A stretch of 63,768 bases of DNA, counting the filler, from Craspedostauros australis (lineage: Eukaryota), in NCBI GenBank assembly GCA_030167865.1. It is 9 parts of 9 records of this genome, joined end to end, with 100 filler letters (N's around TTAATTAATTAA, not from the genome) between each part and the next. Parts side by side here need not be neighbours in the genome. Positions count along the whole stretch, not along the records: positions 62,444 to 63,768 come from JALAGF010004898.1; 8 more parts are not named here. One strand, written 5' to 3'. Of the stretch, positions 62,726-63,768 are shown one piece after another; the first letter of the stretch is position 1; each line of letters starts with the position of its first letter. A program made the position numbers and the translations under genes. The notes beneath the pieces were generated by a model that was not told the DNA's origin, searched no databases, and worked only from the letters and a program-made list of their open reading frames with translations.

Positions 62726-63768
62726 TCACCTCTCGGCTTGTATCGTTTGCAATCGTCGCCGCGCTTTCACTGCCACTTGGATGGCTATCATAGAGTTCAC
62801 CCACTGTTTCATCTGCTTCTCTGTACTGTACTTGATACTGCGGGCTTCTTGGAGTAGATGTAGCTCCGATTTGTTCATGTCCTTGATCGCACCCTGTATC
62901 AGTCTTCGTACCTGCCTACGCAAGTCCCTTGCGGCCGGGTGTTGTTCTTCGTCATGCACTTTGGCATTCCTGACCAGCCACACCTCCCAGGGCACTTTCC
63001 GTATCCACCACACCATTTCCCGAGCCCATGCGTTTGCGTCTGGATATCGGCACTCGTGTGTCATCATCCATGGCTCCTGCTGGCTTACCCAGTCCTTGTG
63101 CAGAAGCCCTACCAGTAGTTGGTACCATCCAATGACACTTTGTGTGTCATTCGAGCCTACTTTCCTCCTCCATTTCACCAAACCAAACCCACTCTCATGT
63201 TCCTTACCAATCGTGGGGATGTTCCACTCTCCGCCATGCGATCCACTAGGTTCGAGGTGGCGATTGTCCATGCCTCATGATGTTCTGGGCATTGGTACAC
63301 ATGCTGGTTGGTTTCATCACACCTGCAGATCTTGCACTTTGCCAATGACATCTGTCCGGTCTGGAGCAACTTCTTGTTGACCCCAATGAATCCAGAGGCC
63401 CACTTCAAACTGAGCATGGTCAAGCTGCAGTTTTGCTTGGACTGGCGCGCTGCCTTGTCCGTGCGCCAATCGACCTGGTCCAGCTGGTTGCTGTCCCACT
63501 GGAACTTTGAGGATCAATACTTCATCGCCAAGGCAGACTGAAGGAGCTCATTCATCGCACCTGGGTCCACGTGTGAGTGGTTGTCTTTGCAAAGCTGGAG
63601 TCGTTGCCTGTTGGTGTCAGTGGACCAGGTTCGCACGTAGGGTCTCTGACAGGTTTCTTCCCAGAATTGCTTGACTTTCTCGTCGGCCTCCATGTTGAGC
63701 TGCTCCATCACTGTCAGCTGTTTGCCAGTGGCTTCTTGGTGCCCCTTCACCCATTCCCACTTCAGCGA
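62726..63768 (-). mobile_element. Non-LTR retrotransposon (LINE) 3' portion: end of RNase H, CCHC knuckle, C-terminal domain; decayed, continues beyond the window
   Basis: LKWEWVKGHQ..LNMEADE (RNase H), KCKICRCDETNQHVYQC, QSVIGWYQLLVG..W. In-frame TGA at 63514-63516 and a frameshift in GGGTTTGGTTTGG near 63185. Confidence 0.85.

Overview
Eukaryotic DNA, very probably a diatom (GT-AG introns, an ASA-FAP plastid-targeting motif, diatom-type copia and LINE relics). The window is not one locus: eight identical 100-bp artificial spacers (44 N + TTAATTAATTAA + 44 N) join nine contigs whose true linkage is unknown. Recognisable genes: a spliced STAND/AAA ATPase-helical-repeat protein plus a partial paralogue, a WCPPC thioredoxin ending in a CaaX box, a pepsin-like protease, TIM17, NOL6/UTP22, a kinetoplastid-like STT3 fused to a C-terminal ankyrin module, a DUF1501 protein and ELP5. 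Two small spliced genes that the ORF track shows only in fragments were reconstructed by hand: a plastid-targeted CGGC protein and an 87-aa single-TM protein. Mobile DNA: two decayed Ty1/copia fragments, a LINE with RNase H, a 2.3-kb foldback/MULE-like element with a 9-bp TSD, a 1.1-kb TIR element and a probable LTR start. The most interesting signal is a duplicated ankyrin-polyQ-BTB gene. Its 102-bp repeats are almost invariant except at the binding-surface codons (the positions randomised in DARPins), which suggests a diversifying Cullin-3 substrate-receptor family. All family assignments come from motif recognition; no database searches were run.
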